Counted from the stretch's first letter, positions 9,108-18,703 are shown. The stretch: DNA of 64,000 bases from Candidatus Bathyarchaeota archaeon (GCA_963820555.1 CAWGAT010000023.1:27904-91903), one strand, 5' to 3'. Numbers and translations: made by a program. The notes: generated by a model not told the origin, from the sequence alone.

Positions 9108-9794
9108 TTAGCTCATTGCGCTAGCCAGTAAACGCGATCTGCGTGTATACACCCAATACCAAGCTGTGCAGAGTAACACACCAAGTACTACGGACGCTAA
9201 TGGAAATCCAGGGATGCCCCCACTCGCCGGAGGAACGTACGACTTCTCAGCAGCAGCAGCCTGATCTAGAAGGTCCGAGGCTGAGGTCAATTTACTACTG
9301 GCTTCCTGTAACTGACCACTATCAGCCGCATTTGTCGCCTGTGAGATGTAGGTTTGTGCCTGAGTTAGAAGCAATTGCGCATTTGGGCTTTTATAATTCG
9401 CACCCGTTTCTTGACTGAGCCTAGCCTGAGTGGATTGGAGGAGAGATTGATAGGAACTGTACGCCGTTTGATAGGTGTTCTCCGTTGTCTGGGCTCTACT
9501 TAGGAGATCGGCGGCGGTGTTAAGTTCGTTTAATGCGTCCTGGTATTTTCCCTGATTGGCTAAGACTGTGGCATTTTCGTATGCGTTCTGGGCCTGATCT
9601 TGAAGTGCCTTAGCATCTGTGCTCGTGTAGTTGGCGGTGTTAATCTCGCTGCTTACGCTTGGTTGAAGTTTTAAATAGTCTGTCTGAACTCTCGCTTGCT
9701 TGACCGTGAAGGTTCCATTGGCGATGTCCTTGTCATCGGTACCGACCCACTTGTAGGTCCAGATGCCGAGAGGGGCATCATCTGGGATCATCAT
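9108..9794 (-). CDS. Surface protein, C-terminal fragment: end of an Ig-like domain, Q/A-rich helical stalk, PGF-CTERM anchor
   Basis: It begins mid-domain (IPDDAPLGIWTYKWVGTDDKDIANGTFTV) and continues the domain that the upstream ORF starts. It ends in GGIPGFPLASVVLGVLL...RRSR, a PGF-CTERM archaeosortase signal. Confidence 0.75.
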   Translation of the reverse strand: MMIPDDAPLGIWTYKWVGTDDKDIANGTFTVKQARVQTDYLKLQPSVSSEINTANYTSTDAKALQDQAQNAYENATVLANQGKYQDALNELNTAADLLSRAQTTENTYQTAYSSYQSLLQSTQARLSQETGANYKSPNAQLLLTQAQTYISQATNAADSGQLQEASSKLTSASDLLDQAAAAEKSYVPPASGGIPGFPLASVVLGVLLCTAWYWVYTRRSRLLASAMS

Positions 9795-9798
9795 GGGG

Positions 9799-11172
9799 TT
9801 ATCTTTCGCTGTCTGGCTCGAGTATGGTGCGGTGTACCATAGAGCCAGTCTTCACCCATTTTGCGGCACTCAATGGATCACCGTTGAAGACTAGGGTACC
9901 ATTTGGATCGTAGATCTTTAGTACGCTGCCATCTATGGGTGGGGCGATTGAACTGTCCTCTAGCTGGAATGTGATCGTGTCACCCCTAGCGAAAGTCGCA
10001 TTCCTGGGCGTCGCGACAACGTGCTTGGGAAGCACATTAAATGTGGCTTGACCCAAATAGCCGTCGGCGTCGGTAGCGTTGATGTAGTATGTTCCGGCCC
10101 CAATCTGAGGTGAGTCGGGCACTATCCAGTATGCTCTGATCAGACCCGTGCCGTCTACCTTTGCGGTGTAAGGGCCACCGACTGGCCAGTTCTGACGGAC
10201 ATCCATATTCCAGACGTGGTCTACTACGCCTGTGGCAGTCTTGTTGTAGAGTGTGAAGCTTAGATCAGATGGGCCGGTTGCCAGATAACTGAAGCCCCTT
10301 CCAGAAATAGTGACGTTATAGTTGTTTGGCGCAGCGTCTGGAGTAACAGTAATCGAAGTTCCGTAAGTGACCGTAAACTGTGCAGACGTTTCGGCATCTG
10401 AGTCAACATCTAGAACCTTAATCGTGTATGTTCCTGGGGAGAGGCCGTATGGGATAAGTAATCCACTCCCACCCTGAAGAAGGCCATCAGCGCTGATCCC
10501 TCCATTCCATAGGGTCTTATCTCCGATTGAAGCGTTCCAGGCCTCGTCTGGGCTAAAACCACTACCCGTTAATGTGACGGTCTCACCGGTTGGGCCTGAG
10601 CTGGGGTTCAATTGGATCCCCATTATCCTGAAGTCCACGCTGTTCATTAAGCCTCCAGATTCAACGGTGAAGACCTTGTTATTGGTTGAGATGGCGACAT
10701 TGGTTGGGACCTTCCAGGTAATGATGGCTGTTCCAACGCTGTTGGTTACACTTGTTCCAAGATGGAACAGTGTGGAACCAGGGGCGGAGCTGGTGTCAAA
10801 GTATCTGTAGTCTGTAGTGAGTCCGATTGGCAGAGATGGTGGTGGAGTAGTAAAGATGATGTCGTATGCACCGGTCACGTAATCTATGGTTCCGGAGGCC
10901 GTTAATGGTCCACCGGAGTCAACTATGTTGCCTCCACCATCATCATATGCTTGTTGCACACCATTAGTTTTGAATAATATGCCATAATGGTCTAAATACC
11001 TGTGTGAGAGGGTTCCTTTGAACTCGGTCGCCACACCGTTAGGTGTTGCGAGTTCCTCGCCCGTCACCGCCGTCGACTCTGGTGGGTTGGTGGTTGTTAG
11101 TATGGCTGCGAGGTTCTTCGTGGCGTGGAACCCGTAGAAGGTTCCATTGATTGTGTCACCAGGTAGCTCCAC
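9799..11172 (-). CDS. Surface protein, central fragment (tandem Ig-like/IPT-like domains)
   Basis: 457 aa of repeated beta-sandwich-like modules, each ending in motifs such as TYTIKVLDVDSDAETSAQFTV and YYINATDADGYLGQATFNV. It has no signal peptide or anchor of its own. It overlaps the upstream ORF by 17 nt in another frame. Confidence 0.75.
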   Translation of the reverse strand: MELPGDTINGTFYGFHATKNLAAILTTTNPPESTAVTGEELATPNGVATEFKGTLSHRYLDHYGILFKTNGVQQAYDDGGGNIVDSGGPLTASGTIDYVTGAYDIIFTTPPPSLPIGLTTDYRYFDTSSAPGSTLFHLGTSVTNSVGTAIITWKVPTNVAISTNNKVFTVESGGLMNSVDFRIMGIQLNPSSGPTGETVTLTGSGFSPDEAWNASIGDKTLWNGGISADGLLQGGSGLLIPYGLSPGTYTIKVLDVDSDAETSAQFTVTYGTSITVTPDAAPNNYNVTISGRGFSYLATGPSDLSFTLYNKTATGVVDHVWNMDVRQNWPVGGPYTAKVDGTGLIRAYWIVPDSPQIGAGTYYINATDADGYLGQATFNVLPKHVVATPRNATFARGDTITFQLEDSSIAPPIDGSVLKIYDPNGTLVFNGDPLSAAKWVKTGSMVHRTILEPDSER

Positions 11173-12196
11173 TTTCTGGGCTGTTCTCGTTATCAGTACT
11201 CATGGTGAAGGCCGCGGAGGCGGTGTCGCCGTCAGCGTCCTTCACCCAGACTTGGTGGGTGCCGAAGGTGGCCTCAGGGACGGTGAACCAGACCTCGTAG
11301 GCACCACTCGCATCAGCGGTGGTCGAGTTCAATAGGCCCTTAGCGCCATCCCAGGCTCCTGTGGTTGCATCCCAGTAGAGCTGGACCGTCGTATTCGCTG
11401 GTACCGCACCAGCGGGTCCGGTCACCTCAATGGGTTCCCCCGTAACCTCATTGGAGCTACTTAGTAATGGAGGAGATAGCGCGTGTGAGTGTGTGTATTC
11501 AGCCACAATCTCCTCAGCAGACAAAGCTCTATTGTAAATTTTAACTTCGTCTATTATGCCATTGAAAAATCTTCCGGGGAAGATACAACTTTGTCCTATA
11601 GAAAATTTATTTGGATTTGTGTTTCTGGTTATACTTATTAAAGTTGTTTTTTCTAATACACCATTAACATAGATTTTTATGTTGTTATTAGCTTGGTATG
11701 TTCCTACAATATGATACCACTTATTAGTCTCAACTACAGTATTCGATACCGCAACATTTGGAGCTCCTGGGCCAATATAGAATTTGAATCTGTTGTCAGT
11801 CTCTGTTTGTAGGTCTAAGTCGGTACCCCCACCAGATCTACCTGCGATTGCCATGATATGTTTTGCAGCAGATGGTAATTGATTAAAATTAACCCACGCT
11901 TCGATAGTAGCTCCTTGTGTCGGGTCGAGTATCTCATTATTTCCACAATCAACATAATTATTAATTCCATCAAAGTTCAAGGCGCCATTTACTTTCCCGC
12001 TCGTCCATGAAGCTCCGTATATAGTTCCTTGATTGTTGTAGCCAGAGCTGTCGTAGGCTATTGTACCTGAGCCTTGATCAAAATTCCAGTAGCCAACCAA
12101 GCCTGGAGGCTGAGTGTAGCCAGCGCGCACACGAGCGACCCCGCTTAGAGATCCGACTAAAAACAGGGTCACTAGTAGTACTGCCACAACCTTCAT
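11156..12196 (-). CDS. Surface protein, N-terminal fragment: signal peptide plus LamG (Laminin_G_3/concanavalin-like) domain
   Basis: Signal peptide MKVVAVLLVTLFLVGSLSGVARVRA. LamG_3 signature GLVGYWNFDQGSGTIAYDSSGYNNQGTIYGASWTSGKVNGALNFDG...IDEVKIYNRALSAEEI. A strong GGAGGAGG ribosome-binding site precedes the ATG. Confidence 0.8.
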   Translation of the reverse strand: MKVVAVLLVTLFLVGSLSGVARVRAGYTQPPGLVGYWNFDQGSGTIAYDSSGYNNQGTIYGASWTSGKVNGALNFDGINNYVDCGNNEILDPTQGATIEAWVNFNQLPSAAKHIMAIAGRSGGGTDLDLQTETDNRFKFYIGPGAPNVAVSNTVVETNKWYHIVGTYQANNNIKIYVNGVLEKTTLISITRNTNPNKFSIGQSCIFPGRFFNGIIDEVKIYNRALSAEEIVAEYTHSHALSPPLLSSSNEVTGEPIEVTGPAGAVPANTTVQLYWDATTGAWDGAKGLLNSTTADASGAYEVWFTVPEATFGTHQVWVKDADGDTASAAFTMSTDNENSPESGATW

Positions 12197-12443
12197 CTAT
12201 AATCCTCCTCCAAACCAGGGTTACCAGTGTTCAGCGTAGTCACTTGAAGCCACCACGCACACGCCCTCGTGGATGGTACACCCGAATTATTTTCCCAACG
12301 GTAGACACGCCGCAAAGATACACGAATGATTCCCATCAACACAGCCCCGTATCTTCAATAACTAGTCACAGCACTTGAAGTATTTAATAATAAATTGCAA
12401 GTTACTCTCAACCAACGCTGGCGCATATTTTGGAAGTGAAAAA

Positions 12444-12695
12444 ATGAATATGCGAACTCGTAACTTCGCGATTCTTCTCGTAGCTACCCTAACGTTATCC
12501 ATTGGCGCATATGATGTGATTTTTGGGCATACACCTAACGTTTCGGCAGCTTCAGTATCTGCTAAGATCACTCTTTTCCCACCCGCAGGACCAGTTCAGA
12601 CCCTAATCACAGTAAGCAGAACCGGTTTCACTCCGGGGGCTAGCGTGAACCTCATCTGGGTTTGGGGCCATAGCCTTATCTTCATACTCGTCTAG
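12444..12695 (+). pseudogene. Truncated secreted Ig-like protein fragment
   Basis: Signal peptide MNMRTRNFAILLVATLTLSIGAY, then ITLFPPAGPVQTLITVSRTGFTPGASVNLIW. The reading frame degenerates exactly where the 24-nt inverted repeat begins (12657) and stops 38 nt later. Confidence 0.4.
12657..12680. repeat. Right copy of the 24-nt perfect inverted repeat
   Basis: TGGGTTTGGGGCCATAGCCTTATC is the exact reverse complement of 149-172. Confidence 0.85.
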
Positions 12696-12845
12696 AAAGG
12701 CGATAGCCTTGTCATCCATCGAAGCAGACAACTTAACAAAGCAATACGGCAATTTCTTTGCCCTTTCAGGCTTAAACCTGAAAAATGAAATCACAAAATG
12801 CGTAGACTTCCTAGGCACTAAAGGCGCTTGCGAAGGGATAACTTC

Positions 12846-13751
12846 ATGATACCAGAAAGCCAGTACCGTCATCTCGGCGCCTCTGGAATAAAGGTCTCTC
12901 CCCTAGGCACAGGGACCAATAAATGGTGGCAAGGAAAAAACGATGAGGCTGTTTTCCAGACCTTTCATTCTCTGGTTGATGTGGGTGTGAACTTCTTTGA
13001 CACTGCTGAGGTCTATAGTTTCGGGAAATCGGAGAGCCTAATAGGCGACTGTCTCAAGAGGGATCCTCGACCGGTGGTGATTGGCAGCAAGTTTGCCCCT
13101 TACCCCACGCGCCTTTTGCGCCGTCAATTCATGAGCGCCCTGGACGCCAGCTTGAAACGCCTAGGCCGGCAGGTGATTGACCTGTACTACCTCCACTTCC
13201 CTTCCCCTCTGCCAAGCATTGAAACGGTGATGGACATGATGGCTAAAGCCGTTGAAGCAGGAAAAATCCGTGCAGTGGGCGTAAGTAACTTCAGTGCCGA
13301 TCAGATGTACGCTGCCGCGGATCGGCTTGAGAAGTACGGCATTCCTCTGGCCGCCAACGAGGTCCGCTACAGCCTTTTCCATCGCCAGCCTGAAGTGAAC
13401 GGCGTTTTGGATGCCTGCCGTAAACTCAACGTAGCCCTAGTGGCCTACCGCCCGCTGGATGGAGGTCGACTCGCAGTCTCCCCGACAAGTCGGAAGGGGA
13501 AAGCAGCTTCGAAGAAGGAGGCCATCCAAGCGAGCCTGCAGACGATTGCGCAACAGCGTGGAAAGAGCGTCAGCCAGGTTACCCTGAACTGGATGCTACG
13601 CAGGGATGAACACGTGATACCTATCCCTGGGAGCACCCATGCACATCATGCGTTGGATAATGTCGATGCGCTCATCTGGCGTCTCAGTGATGATGAGTTC
13701 GCTGCTATTGACCAAGTCTCTTCACCAACCCAAAGCGCCTTGACCTCTTAA
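12846..13751 (+). CDS. Aldo/keto reductase family oxidoreductase
   Basis: Typical AKR blocks: LGASGIKVSPLGTGT, NFFDTAEVYSFGKSE, IDLYYLHFP, GKIRAVGVSNF, IPIPGSTHAHH. ATG at 12846; the TTG at 12828 is an alternative start. Confidence 0.85.
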   Translation: MIPESQYRHLGASGIKVSPLGTGTNKWWQGKNDEAVFQTFHSLVDVGVNFFDTAEVYSFGKSESLIGDCLKRDPRPVVIGSKFAPYPTRLLRRQFMSALDASLKRLGRQVIDLYYLHFPSPLPSIETVMDMMAKAVEAGKIRAVGVSNFSADQMYAAADRLEKYGIPLAANEVRYSLFHRQPEVNGVLDACRKLNVALVAYRPLDGGRLAVSPTSRKGKAASKKEAIQASLQTIAQQRGKSVSQVTLNWMLRRDEHVIPIPGSTHAHHALDNVDALIWRLSDDEFAAIDQVSSPTQSALTS

Positions 13752-13893
13752 AGAAATTAGCTATCTTGAAGTACGCTGGGCAAATTAAATTTGCGCGCGC
13801 ACCACACCTCCTAAAAAATTCATTAATATAGGCGCGTGACCCACCCACATACGCGCATAATGCTTAAATTTTGAAAAAACGGCAGCAACGAAC

Positions 13894-14544
13894 ATGGCTC
13901 CACACTCTGGCGAGGCCCACGAAGCCCCCGATGAACTCGACCACGGAATTACCCTCTCCGTCAACACAATGATCGAAGCCGACCACACGGTCTACGACCT
14001 CTCCGAGGCCAAGGCCATCCTAGGCAAGGCAAGAAAAATAGTCGTAGGGGACTGCCCCTGCAGGACCGAGCACCACAACTGCGACGCCCCGCTCGACGTC
14101 TGCCTCAGCCTCGACGACCAGGCTGACATATCCCTGAGAAATGGGGGAAACAACCGAGAGGTGACCCTCGACGAAGCCCTCTCTATCCTAAAGAGAAGCC
14201 ACGAGGCCGGGCTCGTCCATATGGCGTACGTCGCCAAGGGCGCCGACAAGCCTAAAGTCCTCTGCAGCTGCTGCGCCTGCTGCTGCAACACTCTCGGCCC
14301 CATGATCATGAAGGGCACATACGAACTCATATTATCCTCCAAATATCTAGCCGAGGACAACCATGAGGGGTGTACGGCCTGCGGTGTCTGCGTCCACCGC
14401 TGCATATTCGGGGCTAGGAAGCTTGTCGACGGTGAACTCGTCTATGATCCATCACGATGCATGGGTTGCGGCGTCTGCGTATCCACATGCCCCACAGGTA
14501 CAATCTCGATGGTCCCGCGCCGTGCGCTTGATGCAGTTTCATAA
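13894..14544 (+). CDS. 4Fe-4S dicluster domain-containing protein
   Basis: Two CxxCxxCxxxCP-type motifs (CTACGVCVHRC and CMGCGVCVSTCP) plus an upstream Cys-rich stretch CSCCACCCN. Confidence 0.7.
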   Translation: MAPHSGEAHEAPDELDHGITLSVNTMIEADHTVYDLSEAKAILGKARKIVVGDCPCRTEHHNCDAPLDVCLSLDDQADISLRNGGNNREVTLDEALSILKRSHEAGLVHMAYVAKGADKPKVLCSCCACCCNTLGPMIMKGTYELILSSKYLAEDNHEGCTACGVCVHRCIFGARKLVDGELVYDPSRCMGCGVCVSTCPTGTISMVPRRALDAVS

Positions 14545-14591
14545 TTAATCAGACTCGAATAGCTCGGAGCGCGCGCTTCAGAAGCTCAATC

Positions 14592-15782
14592 TTAACATAC
14601 GCCCCTGGGCTGCCGGTGGATGTCCACGTTATCGTGTGAGGTGGTTATGGCGAAGTTGGCGTTGCTCGAGTCGGTGATGGCGGCGTTGGTTGTGCTCGTT
14701 ATCCTTATCTTGTAGTCTGTTCCGAGGGTCTGAGTCGAAGGTATCGCCCAGCTAAATGAACCATCATTGGCCGTGCTCGATGTTATGACCCTGTTCACGA
14801 CTCCTGCCTTCAGTAGCTCAATCTTGACATTCGCCCCTGGGCTGCCGGTGGATGTCCAAGTCAGCGTGTGGGTGGTACCCCGAACCCAGCTCTCCCCGCC
14901 GTTCGGGGAGGCGACCGTCAACACCTCAATGACCTTGTACACCGCCCTCAGAGTACCGGTTCCACCAACGTTGACGGCTGTGGGGTTAGCGGTGGTGCTT
15001 GTTGCAGTTACGCTTCCAGTCGTCTCCCAGTGGTCAAATACATAGCCGGGTGCGGGGGTATACGAAGCCGAGTAGCCGCCAGCGACCGTGGATACGGTAC
15101 TTGGTAGAGACCAAGCTTGGCCTTGAAGGGTTATCGTCCCCAGGTTACTTGATGCGCCCGTGTCCTGCCGGGATTCGAGGGAGACGCGCACGCGCGCGTT
15201 GATGGGCACCTCTTCCCGTGTGAGTTCGATGTCGAAGGTCATGGTGTCGCTCTGGGCCCAGTTCTCCGTCTCCTCGTCCATGTGGTAGCTGGTGACGACG
15301 GTGATGGTCTTCCCCGGGTCGATGGTGCCCAGTGGGATGGGTTTGCCTGTGATGTCGTCTATGTGGCTACCGGTTTTCTCTTCTATTATCCACTTGTCGC
15401 CTGTGGCGGTATTGCAGCTGGCCGTGTTGCCGTCCCTGTCGATCCATAGGCCGAAGGTGATGACGGAGTCGATGTCGTTCCTCACGCCGTGTAGGTTGTA
15501 CCACTCCTGCTCGGGCTCAACGACGCCGTTCTCGCTGCATACGACGTTCTTCAGCTGAATCCAAGTGTTGGCAGCTTGTCCATAATGGTTCGGAATCTTG
15601 ATCACGATGTAGACGGTTTCGCCTGGGTTGAGGCCTGAGATCACCGGCTTAATTGTATCGGGTGAGGAGAAGTCGATTATGAAGGACCCGCCCGTGGTGT
15701 AGGCGTACGTCCCCGCCCCCAGGAAGGTGCTCATTATTGTGAGGGCTATTGCGAATATGGCTACGCTACTTTTCTTCCACAT
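14592..15782 (-). CDS. Secreted TasA-like N-terminal domain protein with an InlB-B-repeat-like module and a Ser/Thr-rich beta-sandwich module
   Basis: The N-terminus FLGAGTYAYTTG resembles the SipW-dependent signal class. GYVFDHWETTGSVTATSTTANPTAV is B-repeat-like. PNGGESWVRGTTHTLTWTSTGSPGANVKIELLKAG...YKIRITS is Kre9/KNH-like. The 3' end contains a second, out-of-frame and truncated copy of this last module. Confidence 0.65.
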   Translation of the reverse strand: MWKKSSVAIFAIALTIMSTFLGAGTYAYTTGGSFIIDFSSPDTIKPVISGLNPGETVYIVIKIPNHYGQAANTWIQLKNVVCSENGVVEPEQEWYNLHGVRNDIDSVITFGLWIDRDGNTASCNTATGDKWIIEEKTGSHIDDITGKPIPLGTIDPGKTITVVTSYHMDEETENWAQSDTMTFDIELTREEVPINARVRVSLESRQDTGASSNLGTITLQGQAWSLPSTVSTVAGGYSASYTPAPGYVFDHWETTGSVTATSTTANPTAVNVGGTGTLRAVYKVIEVLTVASPNGGESWVRGTTHTLTWTSTGSPGANVKIELLKAGVVNRVITSSTANDGSFSWAIPSTQTLGTDYKIRITSTTNAAITDSSNANFAITTSHDNVDIHRQPRGVC

Positions 15783-16793
15783 CCCCTTCAGCCGCCATAT
15801 GGAACTCGTATCTCACGTCGCCGTCGAGCACATAGAAGACCCCTTTATGGTGCATTATGGGCTTGAAGGCCTCCTCGGCCACCCTGGCGAGGTCCTCCAT
15901 GGAGCCTACCTTTATCGATCGCCCTCCTATTCATGGTCTTCGGGGGCTCAGAGGCCTCTATGATCTTATCCCTGATGTCCCCGCTCAGCCTTTCCAGGAG
16001 GGGTCTGGATGCCCTCTCCTGAAGGGTGAACCTCATCGATACGGCGAGGAGGGCTACCAGCGATATTGAGGCGATGATCGAGGCCACTTTCATCGCTCCA
16101 ACTTGCGCGGAAAGCCCGAGGAATCCCCAGGTCGCCGCCTCCGTCTCAAGGTGGGTGACGGAGCCCGCCTTCGTGCTCCTCAGCCCCTCGATTTGTATTT
16201 TCCCTCCATCGAACTTTATCGTGAGGGTCGGGGTGAACTCCTGGGCGATGGGTTCCCCTCCGGCCGAGGCCTCTAGACTGATTCGAGGCTTTATCTCGTA
16301 GGTGTAGGTGTAGATTCCGGTTCCGGTCTCCTTCCCTATGGCCTCGACGATGCCCTGGATCTTCTTTATGTCGAGGGTGTAGGTGTCGGAGAAGCGTGCG
16401 TCGGTAGTGACCTTGGGTTTAAGGGCGTAATTCTTGGCCCAGTCTCCCCCGCTCAGTGTACCTGAGGTCTCGTAACTCGTATTTATGTCGGCCATTTCGA
16501 ACGTCTTCGGGGTCTGGGTGAGGTTGTAGGTGAGGGTGATGTCCAGCCGATCTACGAGGTTCATGTAGAGTGGCTCGCCCTCGGACACCTCGGTCCGGTT
16601 GTCGTAGAGTAGGGAGGGCTTGACGTGGGCCGTGTAGACGTATTCGGCGCTCTGCACGTAACTGAGGTCCAGGTTGTTCTTGGAACATCGCGAAGGCATA
16701 CTGAATGAAGGAGTAGCACCCGTAAAGTGAAACCGCTAGGAGGGCTGCGAAGACAACTGAGGCGCAGGTCCAACGGCTTACCATCGTCATCAA
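15766..16793 (-). CDS. Membrane protein of the type that accompanies SipW peptidases (DUF5305-like as I recall); two frame breaks
   Basis: N-terminal TM segment in ORF 16419-16793 (MMTMVSRWTCASVVFAALLAVSLYG). Body in ORF 15845-16699, with a second TM segment (IIASISLVALLAV). The C-terminus continues in a third frame (IKVGSMEDLARVAEEAFKPIMHHKGVFYVLDGDVRYEF...*) to a TAG at 15766-15768, overlapping the next gene's start. Confidence 0.55.
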
Positions 16794-17347
16794 CCACCCC
16801 TAATAAAGACTAGGGTGTCCGCGCCGGTGAATCTGACTCCGTCACTGAACTCCCCGGAGACGGTCAGTGTCACGCTAGCGCCGTCCACGTAGCCCGCCAG
16901 ATGGGCGATGACGGAGGCCCTGTCGAACTTAACCATAAAGGCGTCGATGTTGCCATCGCCGTTTAAATCCACGAGGGGACTCGTCACGAAACTGTACTGG
17001 GTATCCGTAACGGCTGGAATCACCCCATCCAGCCTTACCGTGCTCACATCGATTTTATGGGCGTCGTACTCCGACTGTATGTAGACCGTGATCCACTGAA
17101 CGTTGCTTCCTAGGTTCAGGGTGTCCGGTTTTATATCCGGCTCTATCTCAATATTTGCGCTCACCTCCCAGACACCCGCGCTGAATGAACCTGTCGTCAA
17201 CGCGTTGGCGGAGAAGTAGCTGCTGCTCCCGCTGATGAAGTGGGGCGCTATGACCCTTGTGGTGCTTACGGTGAGGATCAGGGCTAGTAGGAGGGTAGTC
17301 GTGTCCAGCGCTGAGTGGCTCTTCCTCCTCCACCTCATCGTCTCCAT
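16790..17347 (-). CDS. TasA/camelysin-class secreted protein (small subunit candidate)
   Basis: TM/signal region followed by SSYFSANALTTGSFSAGVWEV, which matches the YFSD...N.F.AG motif of SipW-processed proteins. Then IEPDTLNLGSNVQWITVYI and DLNGDGNID. Confidence 0.6.
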   Translation of the reverse strand: METMRWRRKSHSALDTTTLLLALILTVSTTRVIAPHFISGSSSYFSANALTTGSFSAGVWEVSANIEIEPDIKPDTLNLGSNVQWITVYIQSEYDAHKIDVSTVRLDGVIPAVTDTQYSFVTSPLVDLNGDGNIDAFMVKFDRASVIAHLAGYVDGASVTLTVSGEFSDGVRFTGADTLVFIRGG

Positions 17348-17361
17348 CCTGTTCTCTCCTC

Positions 17362-17829
17362 TTAGTGGACTGGTGGATGGTGTAGACCTGCTTCCCGATG
17401 ATCAGTGCGGCTGGAGCAAGAGATCACCAAGGCGAATCCGTATGAGGTGTAGAGGTAGCCGAAGGGGAAGACTAGAACCACCTTTCCAATGATCTGGGAG
17501 GCTTCCACGAGGTTCGGGTCGGGGTCCTCGTTGGCGTCCCCCTTCAGACTGAACCTGTCGCCCCCTAGCTTCTCGACCACACGGTGCGTGTAGATAAATG
17601 ATCCCGACTCAACTGTAATTATATCGCCATTTTTGATATCGGTGGGGTTCTCGCCTTTGACGATGATAACGTCACCTGGATGTAGAGTCGGGCTCATACT
17701 CCCACTCAAGACGGTGTATGATTTATCGGCTCCCACTAAGAAGGGGAACCCGTTGATGAGGATAGGGATAACTAAAAGTAAGCATATTGCTGTTAGAGCC
17801 GTGGTTTTAATCAGGCTAGTTATTTTCAT
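17362..17829 (-). CDS. Signal peptidase I, archaeal/SipW type (S26B)
   Basis: N-terminal TM segment, catalytic Ser box VLSGSMSPTLHPGDVIIV, and GDANEDPD. The C-terminal tail may be frame-disturbed. Confidence 0.8.
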   Translation of the reverse strand: MKITSLIKTTALTAICLLLVIPILINGFPFLVGADKSYTVLSGSMSPTLHPGDVIIVKGENPTDIKNGDIITVESGSFIYTHRVVEKLGGDRFSLKGDANEDPDPNLVEASQIIGKVVLVFPFGYLYTSYGFALVISCSSRTDHREAGLHHPPVH

Positions 17830-17897
17830 CCTCTTTTCTCCACGAGATTTAATTTAAAAAAAGGGGGGAAGTCCGGATTCATTTGATTTTCAGGGAG

Positions 17898-18623
17898 TTA
17901 AGGTAGTAAGCTTATGTCTTGTGCGCCTGTGAATACGATTTTGAATGAACAGCTCTGACCCTGCATAGCGTTAGGCGTGAGGTCACTGAGCTTGAACATC
18001 AAAACCATCTGATAGGTGCCACCGAGAGCAAGAGCGGGTGTACCAGCCGGGACCGTGTCGTAGCCATAGCCTGTAACCCAGTCCCCAACGTGTGAAACCC
18101 AACCGCCAAACTGATCCTGCACGACACCCGTACCAGGCTCATTTCCAAAGTAGCTCTTCGCCAGTTCCATCAAGGTGAGGGGTGCCGAGTAATCTTTAAC
18201 CGAGGTTTCATAGTTTTGAGTATGATCAATGTTTTCTATCCAGCCATAGGTGGGAATATACTCTTTCAATGATGTGACTTCGATGTAGTTAGCCAATAAG
18301 ACGCCACTTGCCGTGTCACTTGAAAAGGGGTTCCCGTTTGCATCGGTAATTATGAGGTCACCACCCAAGTAGTTGATGTTCATGGTTCCAGGTCCAGTAT
18401 TCGCTATACTGATAGTGACTGGCCCAAATGCCTGTCCTGGCACCAAGTTACTGAAGGTGGTCGGGGAGGTTGTGACTGTCATGCTCATTGTTGCAGCGTT
18501 CATAGTGTAAGTATTCGTTGTCTGCGCTCCGGTGCTGAACCATGCCATCGTTCCAGCTCCGACGCCTGTAGCTACCAATACAATCGCGATTATGCTCGCG
18601 AGTATCGTCGCGTTTCCTTTCAT
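17898..18623 (-). CDS. TasA-like fibre subunit (SipW-dependent signal class)
   Basis: MKGNATILASIIAIVLVATGVGAGTMAWFSTGAQTTNTYTMNAATMSM matches the TasA/camelysin N-terminal pattern (..GT.A.FSD....N.F.A.....). 241 aa. It is the first structural gene after the regulator. Confidence 0.75.
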   Translation of the reverse strand: MKGNATILASIIAIVLVATGVGAGTMAWFSTGAQTTNTYTMNAATMSMTVTTSPTTFSNLVPGQAFGPVTISIANTGPGTMNINYLGGDLIITDANGNPFSSDTASGVLLANYIEVTSLKEYIPTYGWIENIDHTQNYETSVKDYSAPLTLMELAKSYFGNEPGTGVVQDQFGGWVSHVGDWVTGYGYDTVPAGTPALALGGTYQMVLMFKLSDLTPNAMQGQSCSFKIVFTGAQDISLLP

Positions 18624-18703
18624 TTTTCATCACTTTTTCATTTTTAGGGGAGCTTCGCCCTCCTGGGTTCACGGGATGTCCCCTTCTTTTTCCCGGCGGA
18701 TGG

